DNA of 64,000 bases from the human T2T-CHM13v2.0 reference genome, Homo sapiens: NCBI RefSeq assembly GCF_009914755.1, contig NC_060932.1; one strand, 5' to 3'. This document shows, piece by piece, positions 15,171 to 27,993 of the stretch (its first letter is position 1; the number at the start of each line of letters is the position of its first letter). Below the pieces are notes generated by a model. That model made no database searches, was not told the DNA's origin, and worked only from the letters and a program-made list of their open reading frames with translations. Made by a program: the position numbers and the translations under genes.

Positions 15171-18029
15171 GGGAACTATCCTCAAGTTACAGGGAAAGTG
15201 AAATGTGGAATTGTTCAGATTTTCTTATTAGGTCTGAAACCTCTGATTATTAGAACTCTGCAGAAGAGAAGACTGGGGAATGGATGGTGTGACATAAAAC
15301 CTTTGTGTAATAACAGGGTTGCAGGAGGATTGCCCCATAAGGGATTAACTTGTTGAATTCACAGAATACAGAAAGGCTTTCTCTGATTATGTGCTTATAA
15401 GGTAGTAAACACTATACAATGAATGTGCTTCTGGGTTAGAAAAGAAAGCAGGTCTCCTTGATCCAAAATCAAACAAAATAGAAAACTAAAAAGATGGAGG
15501 AAAACGTCAAGAAAAAAATGATGCTAAACGAAGAGAGCTTAACTAAGTTAAAGCAAGAAACTGCAGGAGACAGTACTAAGTGAAGAATGAGGAAATAGAA
15601 AATGGAATTATCACATCGGGAACTAAATGTGAGTTGAATTCATATGAATTCATTGAATGGTACATGCCATAATAGTTGGAGTCTTCAAAGGAAGGAAACT
15701 CTTCAGAGGAATTCCTTGAAAGGACAGCAGGGTGTAGCAAAAACAAAAAAAACACTAGATTCAGAGGCAGGGCAGCTGCCTCTGTTTTTAGATCTGCCTT
15801 TGATTTGACATGTAACTTTGGTAGAGTGTGACATCACATGCTTATAGATAAAATGAGAAAATATAAATGAATCTGAGTTTGAGATTCCATTTCTGGCATT
15901 TCTAGCTCGAATACCCAGAAAAAAACAAGTAAGTCAAAACAGATTTCAAGACAAAAGCCAGTCTATTCTGGATAAATATGAAGATCTCAGCCACTAAACT
16001 TCAGGGTGAAAAGCAAAGCCCAGACTCGCTTGCTCACCTGTGATGCTCTCTACTTATTGACGTATCACATCACTACTCTGACAAATCAAATGTGTGAAGC
16101 CTGATGAAACGTTTGTGGTGCTAATAAAAATCTGTGTGTTCAAATACATTTCTAACTTTCTAGAGGGCTATATTATTTTTATTATTGCTGTTAAGAATTT
16201 CTATGGAGTCTGACTTAGCAGCTGGCTGAGGATGGCTTTTACTACCCATCACAGCGATTCTAGGATGCAGCCTGAGGTGGTTATCTATATTTTACATTTT
16301 ACTAGGGTGTCTTGCTTTGCCAAAATTAATACTGCTACTTTCAAGTGAATGGAGGTTGTGCCAGAGGGATAGGATTATTGGACCTTTACAGTGACTTTGA
16401 GTTGGTAAGAAGATCACATCTTGAATTTTTACCTTTCTTTCAATTCATACTGCTTAGCTCACAACCATAACATCCTCTGCCCAGATTATTTTAACAGTCT
16501 TCGAACTATTCTTCTAGCCTTTAGTTTGTTCTCCCGCCAAATCCAGCAGGCCATTTTCTACCCCCAGTATATGTTGTTAATGATGTACTTGTATCCCTCT
16601 TTTGCTTAAGAATCCTTGAGGATGAAGTTCATATTCTTTTGCATGACATGGACAGACCTTCACAATCATGCCAGTCTCTTTTCCAGCCACTTCCCAACAA
16701 ACCAGATTATTCTTTTCTCTCCTATGTGCCATTTTATATCTCTTCACCTTTGCTCATGTGTTTTGTTTATCCTGATTCATGTTTCTATCTTGTAAACTCT
16801 GACTTATCTTTCAAGCTCCAACTCAGCCATACCTTCCTCTCTATAACCTTCCCTGATATTATATATTCCATTGCCCCCATACCAGAATGAGTTGTCTTTT
16901 TTTTTCTCTGCTCCCAAAATACTCTATATATACTTCTCTGACAGTTTTTAGCATTTTATGTGGTTTACTGTAATTGAAAGTGTGTTTCTAGAAGGCATAT
17001 ATGTTTGAACCCCTGGAATAGTATATAGTGTCATACAAGCAAGTATGTAACAGATGGTGATTGAGTTACTCTGAACCCAACTGAATTAAATTGAACTTAA
17101 AAGTAAGACATAGTCATTACTTCTGAGTATAAAAGATTGGGAGACCTTTTAAAGTCTGAAGTATGATGGCAATGTGCCCCTTTGAGTTTGTGGAGGAATG
17201 GAGTTTATGCCTTTTCTCCAGAGCAGATATTCTCTCTTCAGAAGCCAACTTGGTGGCAAAGAGCAGAAGAGCTGCTTCCTCTTCAAAGTGGACATAATCT
17301 GGATCCACCAGAAGAAGCTGGATTGATAAGATGACAAGAAGATCTATGACTAGAGCAAGATGTTTTCTGACACTGTTATTTTTCCAACATACCACTCAGT
17401 AAAAGTCCATGGCTTAGAAAATCCTACAGGTAAAATTATCTGTGTTGGAATTTTTACAACCTGGAAAAAATAAAGGAAATTAACAAAAATAAAGAGCATA
17501 CAAACACAAGTATAGACAAGTGAGTATGAGAACCAGTGTCTAATTGCCAACTGTGCTTTACTAAGGACTATCCTTCATTGTGGGAATAAATCCTTTCTGA
17601 TTTCTTCCTGTTGATTTTTCCTAGTTTAGAAGAAACGATGACAACAATAGTTGTATGTTTATTCTTTGATTGATATATCTTTGTTCATTGATTTCTTTTT
17701 TTGTTGTTGTTAGTTTGGATTTCTATTTTTAAGGTTCTTACTTGAACAAATTAAAGTTTAGCAGCACTCCAGTAGAACTTAAAAGGATGTTTGAAATTCA
17801 ACTGATCCAAAAAAAAGCCAGTCTGGGAACAAGAAAGTGCCCAAGAACACAAAGTAAAACTGTTGATAGGTACTGGGAGAACGATAGATTGAGAGGCCAG
17901 AGGCCAGAGTTTAAGTCCTGATTCTGTCACTACTTGAATATATGAATGCCTGAAAACTACTTTGTGTAACTATGGAAACCCAAGCTTCTGCATTTATAAA
18001 TGAGGTTAGTGTAGCAGGCCTTTGGTTTT

Positions 18030-18156
18030 GGAGATCTGTTATGAAGTTTCTGGGTGTCACATAGTTACTGCTAGAGCCACAAAAAGAGAGAGGGAGATCT
18101 GTTATGAAGTTTCTGGGTGTCACATAGTTACTGCTAGAGCCACAAAAAGAGAGAGG
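18030..18156. repeat. Perfect 63-bp tandem duplication
   Basis: ggagatctgttatgaagtttctgggtgtcacatagttactgctagagccacaaaaagagagag occurs at 18030 and 18093. Confidence 0.97.
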
Positions 18157-18199
18157 TGACCATAAGTGGAGAGAGTGTTTCTCCACTGACCTCTCTTCA

Positions 18200-19280
18200 T
18201 AGTGTCTCATTCATATCTTTTACTTACTGAGTTTCCATAAGATTTCTTTAAAAAAAAAAAAAAAACTGTGTTGTTGACATCTCCACATAGACGTCTAATA
18301 GATCATCAAAGTCCAAATCAGAGCTTTCAACTTTATCCCCAATCTGCTGTATCCATAGCCTACTGTGCCTCTGCTGATACTAACGCCATCCATCTAATTG
18401 CTCAAACATGAAATCTGACCAGTCATTCTGATTCTTCTCTTTTTCCCACAACCCACATCGCATTTTTCTTTATATCATGTTGGCTATATCTTCAAAATCC
18501 ATTTGGAATCATACCACGTCTCACCCTCTCCTTGGAGGCTGCCTCCATAGTCCCTAAAATAGATTCTATGAATACCCTCGTCTCTCTAATTTTATCTTTA
18601 AGCCCAACAGTCTATTATCCACATAGCAGCCAGATACCTACCTGTAAAACTTAAGTCAAATGATGTCATTTCTTTGGTCACAGCTCTCCAGTGGTTACCT
18701 CATCTAACTCAGAATAAAAGATAAAGTCAACACTATGAGATAAAAAAATCCTAGAGATCTGTGCTGCAGGTGGGCTGGGGCACTGCCCCACTGGCTTCTT
18801 CTTCCACTTATCTGTCTTCATCATCCACCTCCTGCCACACTCGCCTCCTGGCTGTTCTTTCAGCAAGCTGGACTTCCTCCTGCCTTGGGGACTTTCCATG
18901 GCCTTGGATGCTCTCCTATGCTCACGATTAAAATAACTAACTTCTCAACCTCTTTAAAGTCTTTCCTAACATTTTTTTTGTTAACATTTCATTTTTTCAA
19001 TGCATCCTGCCTTGGCCACTTTATTTAAAGTTCAATCCATCACCTCCTCCAGCTGGTCCTATTCCTCTTATCCTATACCACTTTTTTTTCTTTACCCACC
19101 ACTCATTTTAATTTCCTACATTTTACTTATTGGCTCTTACTTATTACCCACATATATTTGCTAGAATATAAGCAACATGATGGAGGGCTTCTTTGCCTAC
19201 TTTTCCTCATTTTTACATCTTAAATATCTAAAACAATGCTTCCAACTAACCAGGTGTTCAATTCATATTTACGAAATGTT
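18200..19280 (+). mobile_element. L2 LINE remnant
   Basis: gacatctccacatagacgtctaatagatcatcaaa ... cacatagcagccaga ... gctagaatataagcaacatga ... caggtgttcaattcatattt. Confidence 0.75.
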
Positions 19281-21370
19281 AAAAAATCAAGAAGGAATTT
19301 GATAACTTAAAAAAAAAAAAAGACTGCGAGACCATATGATCACCAGGATTTCTCCTAGCTCCTCTAAAATACTCTTCTTCTACCAGTCAATAAATAAAAT
19401 TGATTCTGTGGTTTCCCAGGCATACTATCTTGACTGTGAAGCCTATCTGCTTCTAGGAACTTTAATAAGAAAGCAAGTTTTTTTATGTTTTGGTTGGCCA
19501 AACTCATACATTGCTCAAACCATCTTGCACATCACTGGTACTTGATATATTCTCTCAGCTCCCCATGTCCTTGTCAACATCACTCGCAGAGTGATTTTTA
19601 AACTCCCTTAGATTTCTCTCTTTTTTATGACTTCTGTGAGGTTCAGACACTGGGAGATATTATTTAGAATTTACACTGCTACCATACTCAGACTGGCTAG
19701 CCAACTAGTGACCAAAGAAGAGAGATGATTCAGCAAACACGATTCTTCATCTAGAAGTTTGTCTCCAGCCTGGGTCTTCTGAAAATGATTGCAGCTGAGG
19801 CTCGAACAGGCTATAATGACTTCAAAGGAAGCTTTGGAGATGGGAAGCTCTCTCACTGACCTGATCCAGAAGGGACCTTTCTTCAAGGGAAATACGTTTT
19901 CTGCTTAGTTTGCACAGGATATTTCTGTTTTACCTCCTTAGATTATTAAATCCGTACCTAGGAAACACGTCTAAGTGCTTTCAGTAAAGACAAATGGTTT
20001 GCCAAGGATGCTAAGGAAGCAAGATGTTTAGATATGTGCTCTTCTGTTCCCCCCTCTCATAAATGTGTTCTGCACTCATTCCAACAGTTGACTTTCTTAT
20101 GTGAGTTCTCCTTTTTGTTTTGCTTAAATGAGCTGTTAGAGATAATTTTCACAATTCCTTTCTGGATAAGAAAATGTGTGATATAATTAGAAAAAAAGAT
20201 AGGTAAAACAATGTAGTTTTGTGGAAAAAAAATGAAATTGTTTTTGTCTCTGTTTGCCATTATCTATCTTTTTTGTCTTTTTCTTCCTTTTAATTTTTTA
20301 AATGACTTTAAATTTTTGTTGCATCCTCCTTTTCTCGGAATTTTTATCACACTATAGAGGAAAAGATTTGGAATAAGAAAAGTGAGCTTAAAGTATCTCA
20401 AGCTATTTCTTTAATTTATTGAGTGATTATGTCAGTCAACTTAAATCAGTAGTACATTTCTTATCTTCAAAATATGAGTATTAAGAATGCTGATTAAACA
20501 GTTTTGTGTGAAGATGAAACAAGATAGTGTAATGTGCTACATTGCAGATACATGCATACATATGTATGTTAAGTATATACAAAATCAATTGCTTGGCAAG
20601 GTGATTAATACCTGGGATAACGAATTCTTCTATTTGTTTTTATTGTTATTGTTCCTCAAATCCTCCCCAACTAGTATGAAGTTTCAAGACTTTAGAATTT
20701 TTTCTTGTTCAACAGCCTATTGCCAATGCCCAGGACAGGGCCAGCCCAGTGTAGGGACCTGATACAGGTGAAGAATAAATCAATGAATAAAGGGTCTCTT
20801 AGGAATTTCTACCTCTTTTTATATTGTCTTGTGAGTTTGGTTAGAGATGGCAGTTTTGGGAAAATCTCAAGAAACTTTTGAGAAATATATGACAATTACT
20901 TTATTACCCCTCTAGGAATTTTCTTAGTCTATCATTTCCCTTTTCTTTATCTCTTGATAGATTTCTAAATGTAATTACTCTGCTCTCTCCCTAAAAGAGA
21001 AATAAAACAGGCTTAGAACTATGTAGAATTGTTTTTCAACACACTAAGTTATGCCATATTAAGTGGCATCTATGCCAGTTTTGTTTTCTTGCATATTTTA
21101 TTTTTCAGGGCCCAAGATGTGAATGACAGAGAGGCAAAGGTCAAAGCCAGGCAGTAAAGGGTGTAATTATATCAAATGAAAGACATTTCTTTATGTGGAT
21201 AGAATGAAAAGTTCTGACATTTTTCTTTTTTAACCTTGGGGAAGTGAGAGGATATTCATCAAATACTGAAAAATGCTCCTGTTCTTTAGATAGTAGTAGA
21301 GAGAATTCAGTTGGCTCTTTAAAAAATTAGTGAAATGACAAACGCTTGAGATAAATTTCTTGTTAAGACT

Positions 21371-24300
21371 CAACAGCTGTAGAATATGCATTCTTTTCAT
21401 CAGCATATGGGACATTCTCCAGGATAGACCATAAATTAGGTTATAAAACAAATCTTAACAAATTTTAAAACATTGAAATCACATCAAATATCTTTTCAGA
21501 CCATGATAAATAAAACTAGAAATCAATAACAGAAGGAAAATTAGAAATAGTACAAACACGTGAAAATTAAACAACATGCTCCTGAGCAACAAATGGGTTA
21601 ATGAAGACTTTTTAAAAGTTTAACAATACCTTGAAACAAATGAAAATGGAAACACAACATACCAAATCCTATGGGATACAGAAAAAGCAGTCATAAGAGG
21701 GAATTTTATAGCAATACCTGCCTACATCAAAAAAACAGAAAGATCTCAAATAAACAACCTAATGTTATACCTCAAGGAATTAATAAACAGGAATGAACTA
21801 AACTTAAAATTAACAGGAAAAAAATAACAAAAATCAGAACAAAAATAAACAAAATAGATATTTAGAAAAATACAAAAACAACAAAACAAAGAGTTGGCTT
21901 ATTGAAAAGATAAACAAAATTGACACATCTTTAGCTTGACTAAGAAAAAAAAGAGAACATTCAAATAAATAAAATGTGAGATGAAAAAAGAGACAATACA
22001 ACCCATACTACAGAAATTCAAAGGATCATCAGAGACTGTTATGAGACTATTAGGAGCAACTACATGCTAACAAACTGGAAAATCTAGAGAAAATGGATAA
22101 ATTCTTGGATACATACAAACTACCTAAATTGATCCATGAAGAATGGACACCCTGAACAGACTAATAATAAGTAATGAGATTGAAGTAATAAAAAACTCTC
22201 CCAATCAAAAAAGCCCAGCACCTGATGGCTTCACTGTTGAATTCTCCAAACAGTAAATGAACTAACACCAATTGCTCTCAAACTCTGAAAAAATTTAAGA
22301 AGAAGGAATACTTCCAAACTATTCCTTGAGTATAGAATTAACCTGATTCCAAAACCCAACAAGAACACAAAACAAAAAGAAAACTCCAGGCCAATGTCTC
22401 TGATGGTCATAGATGCAAAAATTCTCAACAAAATACTAGCAAACTGAATTTAGCAACAAATTTAAAAATTATTCATCATGATCAATTATAATTCATCTCA
22501 TATAATTTGTGTATGATTCAACATACACAAATCAATAAACATGATGCATCACATTAACAGAATCAAAAACAATAACCATATAGTCATTTCAACAGAAATA
22601 AAAGCATTTGACAAAATATACCATCTCTTCATGATAAAAACTCTCAAAAAAATTAAGTATAGAAAAAATATACCTCAAAATAATAAGGGCCATATATGGC
22701 ACATTAAATGAAGAAAAATTTTTCTTTAAGATCTGGACCAAGACATGGACATTCACTTTCACCACCCCATTCAATATAGTATTGGAAGTTCTAGCCAGAG
22801 CAATAAGCAATTAGGCAAAAGAAAGAGATAAAGGGCATCCAAATTGGAAATGAGGAAATCAAACTGTCCCTTTCTGCAGATTACATCCTAATATATATGC
22901 TACACATATATAATTATATATTTATATCTTAATATGTAGTATATATGTGAATATATAATTATATATATATAATATAATATATATTCATATATATGTGTCC
23001 CAAAGAGTGTACCAAAAAGCTGCTAGAATTAAAAAATTCAATAAAGTTATAGGATACAAAATCAATAAACAAAAATCAGTAGTTTTTAAATACACTAATA
23101 GTGAACTACCTTAAAAAAAAACAAGAATGAAATCCTATTTACAATAGCTACAAAATAAATATATAGGAATAAATATAACCATGGAGATGAATGATCTTTA
23201 CTTGAAGATTATAAAACACTGATGAAATAAAGACACAAATATATGGAAAGATATCCTATGTTCATGGATTGAAAGAATAAATATCATTAAAATGTTCATA
23301 CTACACAAAGTGATCTACAGATTCAACACAGTTCCGATCAAAATACAAATTACATTCTTCACAGAAACAGAAAACAGTCTTATAATGTGTATGATCATAA
23401 AAGATCCTAAATAGCCAAAGCAATCTGAAGCCAAAAGACAAAAGATGGAGGCATCACACTACCTGATATGAAAACATACAACAAATCCATAATAACAAAA
23501 ACAGCATGGCATTGGCAGAAAAACAGACACAGACTAATGGAACAGGCTAGAAAGCACAGAAATAAATCTACACATCTACAGTCAACTGATTTTCAACAAA
23601 GTTGCCAGGAATATGCATTGAAGAAAGGACAGTCTCTTGAATAAATGGCTCTGGGGAAAACAGAAATCCATATGCAGAACAATAAAACTAGAGTCCTATA
23701 TTTCACTATATATAATAATCAACTTAAAATAGATTAAAGACTTAAATGTAAGACCTTAAACTATAAAACTACTAAAAAAATAGGGAAAATGCTTAATGAC
23801 ATTGGTCTGGGCAAAGATTTTTTGAATAGGACCTCAAAAGCACAGGCAACAAAAGCAAAAATAGGGAAATGTAATCACATCAAGCTAAAAAATTTCTGCA
23901 CAGCAAAGAAAACAAAACAATAGAGTAAAGAAACAGAATGAGAAAAATATTTACAAGCAATGCAACTGACAAGGGGTTAATATCTAGAATATAAAAGAAC
24001 TCAAACAACTCAACAGGGGATAAACCAAATAATCCCATTAAAATGTGTATGGTGGACATGAATAAGTGTTTCTTCAAATAAGACATACAAATGACCAAAA
24101 GATACACAAAAATATGCTCAACACCACTAATCATCAGGGAAGAGCAAATCAAAACACAATAAGATATAACCTTACCCCAATTAGAATGACTGTAATCAAA
24201 AAGACAAAAATGAATGTTGGCAGGAATGTGGAGAAAGGGGAACTCTTACGCACTGTTGGTGGGAATGTAAAGTAGTACAGTCATTGTAGAAAACAGTATT

Positions 24301-24740
24301 AAATTTCCTCAAAAAATTGAAAATGGAACTACCATATGATCCAGCAATTCCATACTGGGTATATATCCAAAGTGGGGGAAAAATCTGTTTGTCAAAAAGA
24401 TATCTGCACTCCTGTGTTTACTGCATCACTATTAATAACCAAGAGATGTAATCAACTTAAGTATTCATCAAACAATGGATGGATAAAGAAAATGTTATAT
24501 ATATATATGTTATATATATATATATCTCACAATTGAATACTACTCAGCTAAAAATAAAGAATGAAATTCTGTCATTTGTGGCAACATGGATGAACCTGTA
24601 AAATGTAACATTAAGCAAAATAAGCTAGGCACAGAAAGACAAACACCATGTGACCTCACTTATATGTAAAATCTAAAACAACATAAAATGTTCTCATAGA
24701 AGTAGAGAGTAAAGTAGTGGTTTACCAGAGGCAGGAAATG
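21371..24740 (+). mobile_element. Decayed L1 (L1MA/L1M-like): ORF2 from late endonuclease domain through RT to 3' UTR
   Basis: gaatatgcattcttttcatcagcatatgggacattctccaggatagaccat (EN); ctgcagattacat (degenerate FADD); ORF 24066-24275 [16 protein letters not shown] resembles the ORF2 C-terminus TMRYHLTPVRMAIIKK; many stops and frameshifts. Confidence 0.95.
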
Positions 24741-25430
24741 GGGATCCCTAGATAGCTTCGAGGTTGGGGACGGTTGCCAGAGAGACCAAGCATTTATGAG
24801 TAGGTTGGAAGTTTTAGATCCACCTTGGATCTAAAACCCTATCTCTACAAAAACTACAAAAATTAGCTAGGAGTGGTGGCACATGTCTGTAGTCCCAGAT
24901 ACTAGGGAGGCTAAGATGGGAGGATCGCTTGAGCCCAGGCCGTTGAGGCTATAATCACGCACCTACACTCCAGCCCGGGCAGCAGAGTGAGTGATCCCTT
25001 GTCTCAAAAGAAAAAAAAAAAGGTGTAATGGCATCCAGAGAGCTGCATTTGTGAACACATTGTGGTGTTAAAACTGTAGCACATCCAGTTAGGGCACGGA
25101 AGATCTGTGTGCCTCCATAATAAACCAGTAACAGTAAGTAAAGTACTTTGCTATGTTCTGTGATTTGTTCCGGGAATTAACAAACCTGAGAGGGGTCATG
25201 GGAACTCAATTTGTAGTCAGCTGGGGAGAAATGTAGGTGTCCTGCGCACCTCATTTGCAGCTAATGCCTGAGGTAGGAAAGTCTTCTGGGATTTGGCGCT
25301 TAAGTTGTGGGGTTTGGGCTTACTCCAAATAGTGTCAGAATTGAATTGAATTGTTACATACCTAGTTGGTGTCAGATAATTGGAAAACTGGTTGTTGAAG
25401 TTGGAAAAGATATCACATATTTGGTATGAG
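24741..25430 (+). mobile_element. MER21-family LTR (ERV), interrupted by an Alu
   Basis: ccctagatagcttc ... agagaccaag; ataataaaccagtaacagtaagt; gaggggtcatgggaac; tagtgtcagaattgaattgaatt match recalled MER21 motifs. Confidence 0.75.
24833..25021 (+). mobile_element. 5'-truncated AluJ-like element
   Basis: aaaccctatctctacaaaaactacaaaaattagc ... gggaggatcgcttgagcccagg ... gtctcaaaa. Confidence 0.88.
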
Positions 25431-25574
25431 GGAGCAACAACAACAACAACTCTCAACTACCTACTTCATGGACCTGGGCAAACCAAAAAACTGTCTGAAC
25501 TTCAGTTTCCACGACTTTGAAATCTGCATAATATTTGCAAAGTTGCTATAAACACAGAATATATGCATATATAG

Positions 25575-25687
25575 TTGAGAGGCTGAGGTAGGAGGATCAC
25601 TTGAGCCTGGAAGGAGGCTGCAGTGACCCACTGCACTCCAGCCTGGGTAACAGAGCCAGACCTTGTCTTAAGAAAAAAAAAAAAAAA
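25575..25687 (+). mobile_element. Alu right-arm fragment
   Basis: gaggctgaggtaggaggatcacttgagcc ... actgcactccagcctgggtaacagagccagaccttgtct plus A tail. Confidence 0.85.
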
Positions 25688-25860
25688 GGATGAAAACTTA
25701 AAGGCTTAGCATCTAAGAAAAAAAGGAAAGGAATGAGGTAATTCTTTTCACTTCAGGACTGCTTTGAACAACAGTAGGTAGACACATTTGATATGAAATG
25801 ATTGTTAGTTCCATTGCCAAGTTTGAACACCAAACAAGCCCTTCCTTCAAAATTAAAATG

Positions 25861-25946
25861 AAATGACCCTACCTTTTGGTCTCAGGCGGGAAGAAGCAGA
25901 AACAAATGACCCTACCTTTTGGTCTCAGGCGGGAAGAAGCAGAAAC
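25861..25946. repeat. Perfect 43-bp tandem duplication
   Basis: aaatgaccctaccttttggtctcaggcgggaagaagcagaaac at 25861-25903 and 25904-25946. Confidence 0.97.
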
Positions 25947-25948
25947 AT

Positions 25949-25953
<5 letters not shown>

Positions 25954-25984
<31 letters not shown>

Positions 25985-26380
25985 GTTGATGGATTGATTT
26001 TATTCAGGTTTTAATCTGTCTGTTACGTGTGAGTACATGTATGTGTATAAACAAAGCAGTGCTTTTTTTTTTTAAACTTCATTTATTTTAACTTTTTTTT
26101 TTTTTATACTTTAAGTTTTAGGGTACATGTGCACATTGTGCAGGTTAGTTACATATGTATACATGTGCCATGCTGGTGCGCTGCACCCACTAACTCGTCA
26201 TCTAGCATTAGGTATATCTCCCAATGCTATCCCTCCCCCCTCCCCCCACCCCACCACAGTCCCCAGAGTGTGATATTCCCCTTCCTGTGTCCATGTGATC
26301 TCATTGTTCAATTCCCACCTATGAGTGAGAATATGCGGTGTTTGGTTTTTTGTTCTTGCGATAGTTTACTGAGAATGATG
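25954..26380 (-). mobile_element. Young 5'-truncated L1 (L1PA2-like 3' UTR) with 3' transduction
   Basis: L1 3' UTR at about 26106-26380 (atactttaagttttagggtacatgtgcacattgtgcagg ... gagaatgatg). It has the GAG and A states rather than the L1HS-Ta ACA/G diagnostics. Non-L1 sequence at 25982-26092, T31 at 25951-25981, and TSD GAAACATTCTTT at 25942-25953 and 26381-26392. Confidence 0.93.
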
Positions 26381-27244
26381 GAAACATTCTTTAGGATAGG
26401 TTAGTCTATCAGGATGTGAGAGTCTAGACCGTTTATCCTTTTCTTGGGATTCTCTAAAAGGGATAGCTTTAATCTGAGAAGTGAAAACCTTCACCCCAAT
26501 TCATGCTCCACCAGGAAAGAGAGAAAGAACAGTCCCAGAAATATCTCAAACCACGATTCTCAAGGGGAATTTTCAGCCCTTCTCCGAGGTCTCACTTTAG
26601 TCTTCAGCTATTCTGAAGTATACTGTGCATTCTAATGAGGCCCTGGATTTCAGAACCAAACATGAGCTTGGGTGTACCCTCAATATTCAGGAAATAAACT
26701 ATGTTAAAAAGTTCCATGCTCCTTACAGATTCAAGGCAGCCACAATGAGGTCTCCCTGCTTGAGAATCAGTGACTTGAGAGAACATAACTCCTTATACAT
26801 GTGGGTGGGTGAAGAGGCTGGTGAGACCATTAGGCTGTTTATCATCAATGACCAAGCTACCCATGGTCCTCCCTTTTCTGTATCTAGATGGACACACTAT
26901 AGCCATACTCAGAGGGTTCTACATGATCTGCCTCCCATCTAACCTGCCATTTTGCCTTTCACATCTTGAGTCATGTTCCCATTGTGAAAGCACAATGACT
27001 GAAATTCTGGACAAATTTGGAATCTAAGAAAGGATATGACTCATGCCCTTGTCCCTAGACCGCCCCTTGAGTTGTAGCAATCGCCATAAAGTTCCTTAGC
27101 CCCAGCAGAGTGTGGTATGTGATGTAAAAACAAAGTGGCATTTATTTACTTGGTAAATGAGGTTTTATACCCATTTTAGAGGTATTTTGTTCTATAAAAA
27201 TATTGCCTTTCATAAACTGTGTCTATTAGGCTTTATCCTGAGGC

Positions 27245-27490
27245 AGCAACAAAATATTGAGGAAAGCATGGACATGGGCTTTGGCGTCTGCCACACTTGG
27301 ATTTAAATTATAGCCCTCTAACTTACTGTCTATGTGAGCTTAGTAAATGGACTGAATATCCCTGGGCCTGTTTTCCATGCAGAAAAGTGGTGAAATAACA
27401 CCCATATATCATGGAATTTGTTAGAGGCTACCCTGAGATGAGGTAAATGGAAACCCATAGCTCTATATGTCATATGTGATACATTGTGCT
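27245..27490 (+). mobile_element. MIR SINE remnant
   Basis: catgggctttggcgtctgccacacttggatttaaatt ... cttactgtctatgtgagctt ... ctgggcctgttttcc. Confidence 0.65.
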
Positions 27491-27594
27491 TTTGAAACCA
27501 TTAGCACAGGTGAGGACAGGCTCAGCCCAGGAATGAGTGGATCCTGATAATAACTGGGTCCCAGCATCAGATGATCTCCCATTCTGAATGAGAC

Positions 27595-27993
27595 TGTATT
27601 AAGCCACTCTTGCATTGCTACAAAGAACTATTTGAGATGGGGTAATTTATAAAGAGGTTTAGCAGGCTCACATTTCTGCAGGCTTTATGGGAAGCATGGT
27701 GTTGGCATCTGCTTGGCTTCTAATGAAGCCCAAGGGAGCTTTTACTCATGGCTGTAGGTGAAGCAGGGCAAGCACATCACATAGCAGAAACAAGAGAGAG
27801 TGAGGGAGTGGGGGTGCCATACACTTTTAACAACCAGATCTGGAGAGAACTCACTCACTACCACAAGGACATTGCCCAGGCATGAGGGATCCACCCCTGT
27901 GACCCAAACAGCTCCCACCAGGCCCCACCTCCAACACTGGGGATTACATTTCGACATGAGATTTGGGCAAGTATGAATGTCCAAACTATATCA
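27595..27993 (-). mobile_element. MaLR solo LTR, MSTB-like
   Basis: tgtattaagcc ... cattgctacaaaga ... ggccccacctccaacactggggattacatttcgacatgagatttggg ... ccaaactatatca. Confidence 0.9.

Noticed and set aside
15635-15652. 18-bp palindrome tgaattcatatgaattca; also small hairpins at 42932-42956 and about 58258-58295
   Set aside because: Short, isolated and explicable by slippage or chance; no miRNA-length stem.
25861-25946. Short direct repeats as a CRISPR-like array (also 18030-18156, 47097-47135, 63308-63350)
   Set aside because: Only two adjacent copies each, no spacers, eukaryotic context.
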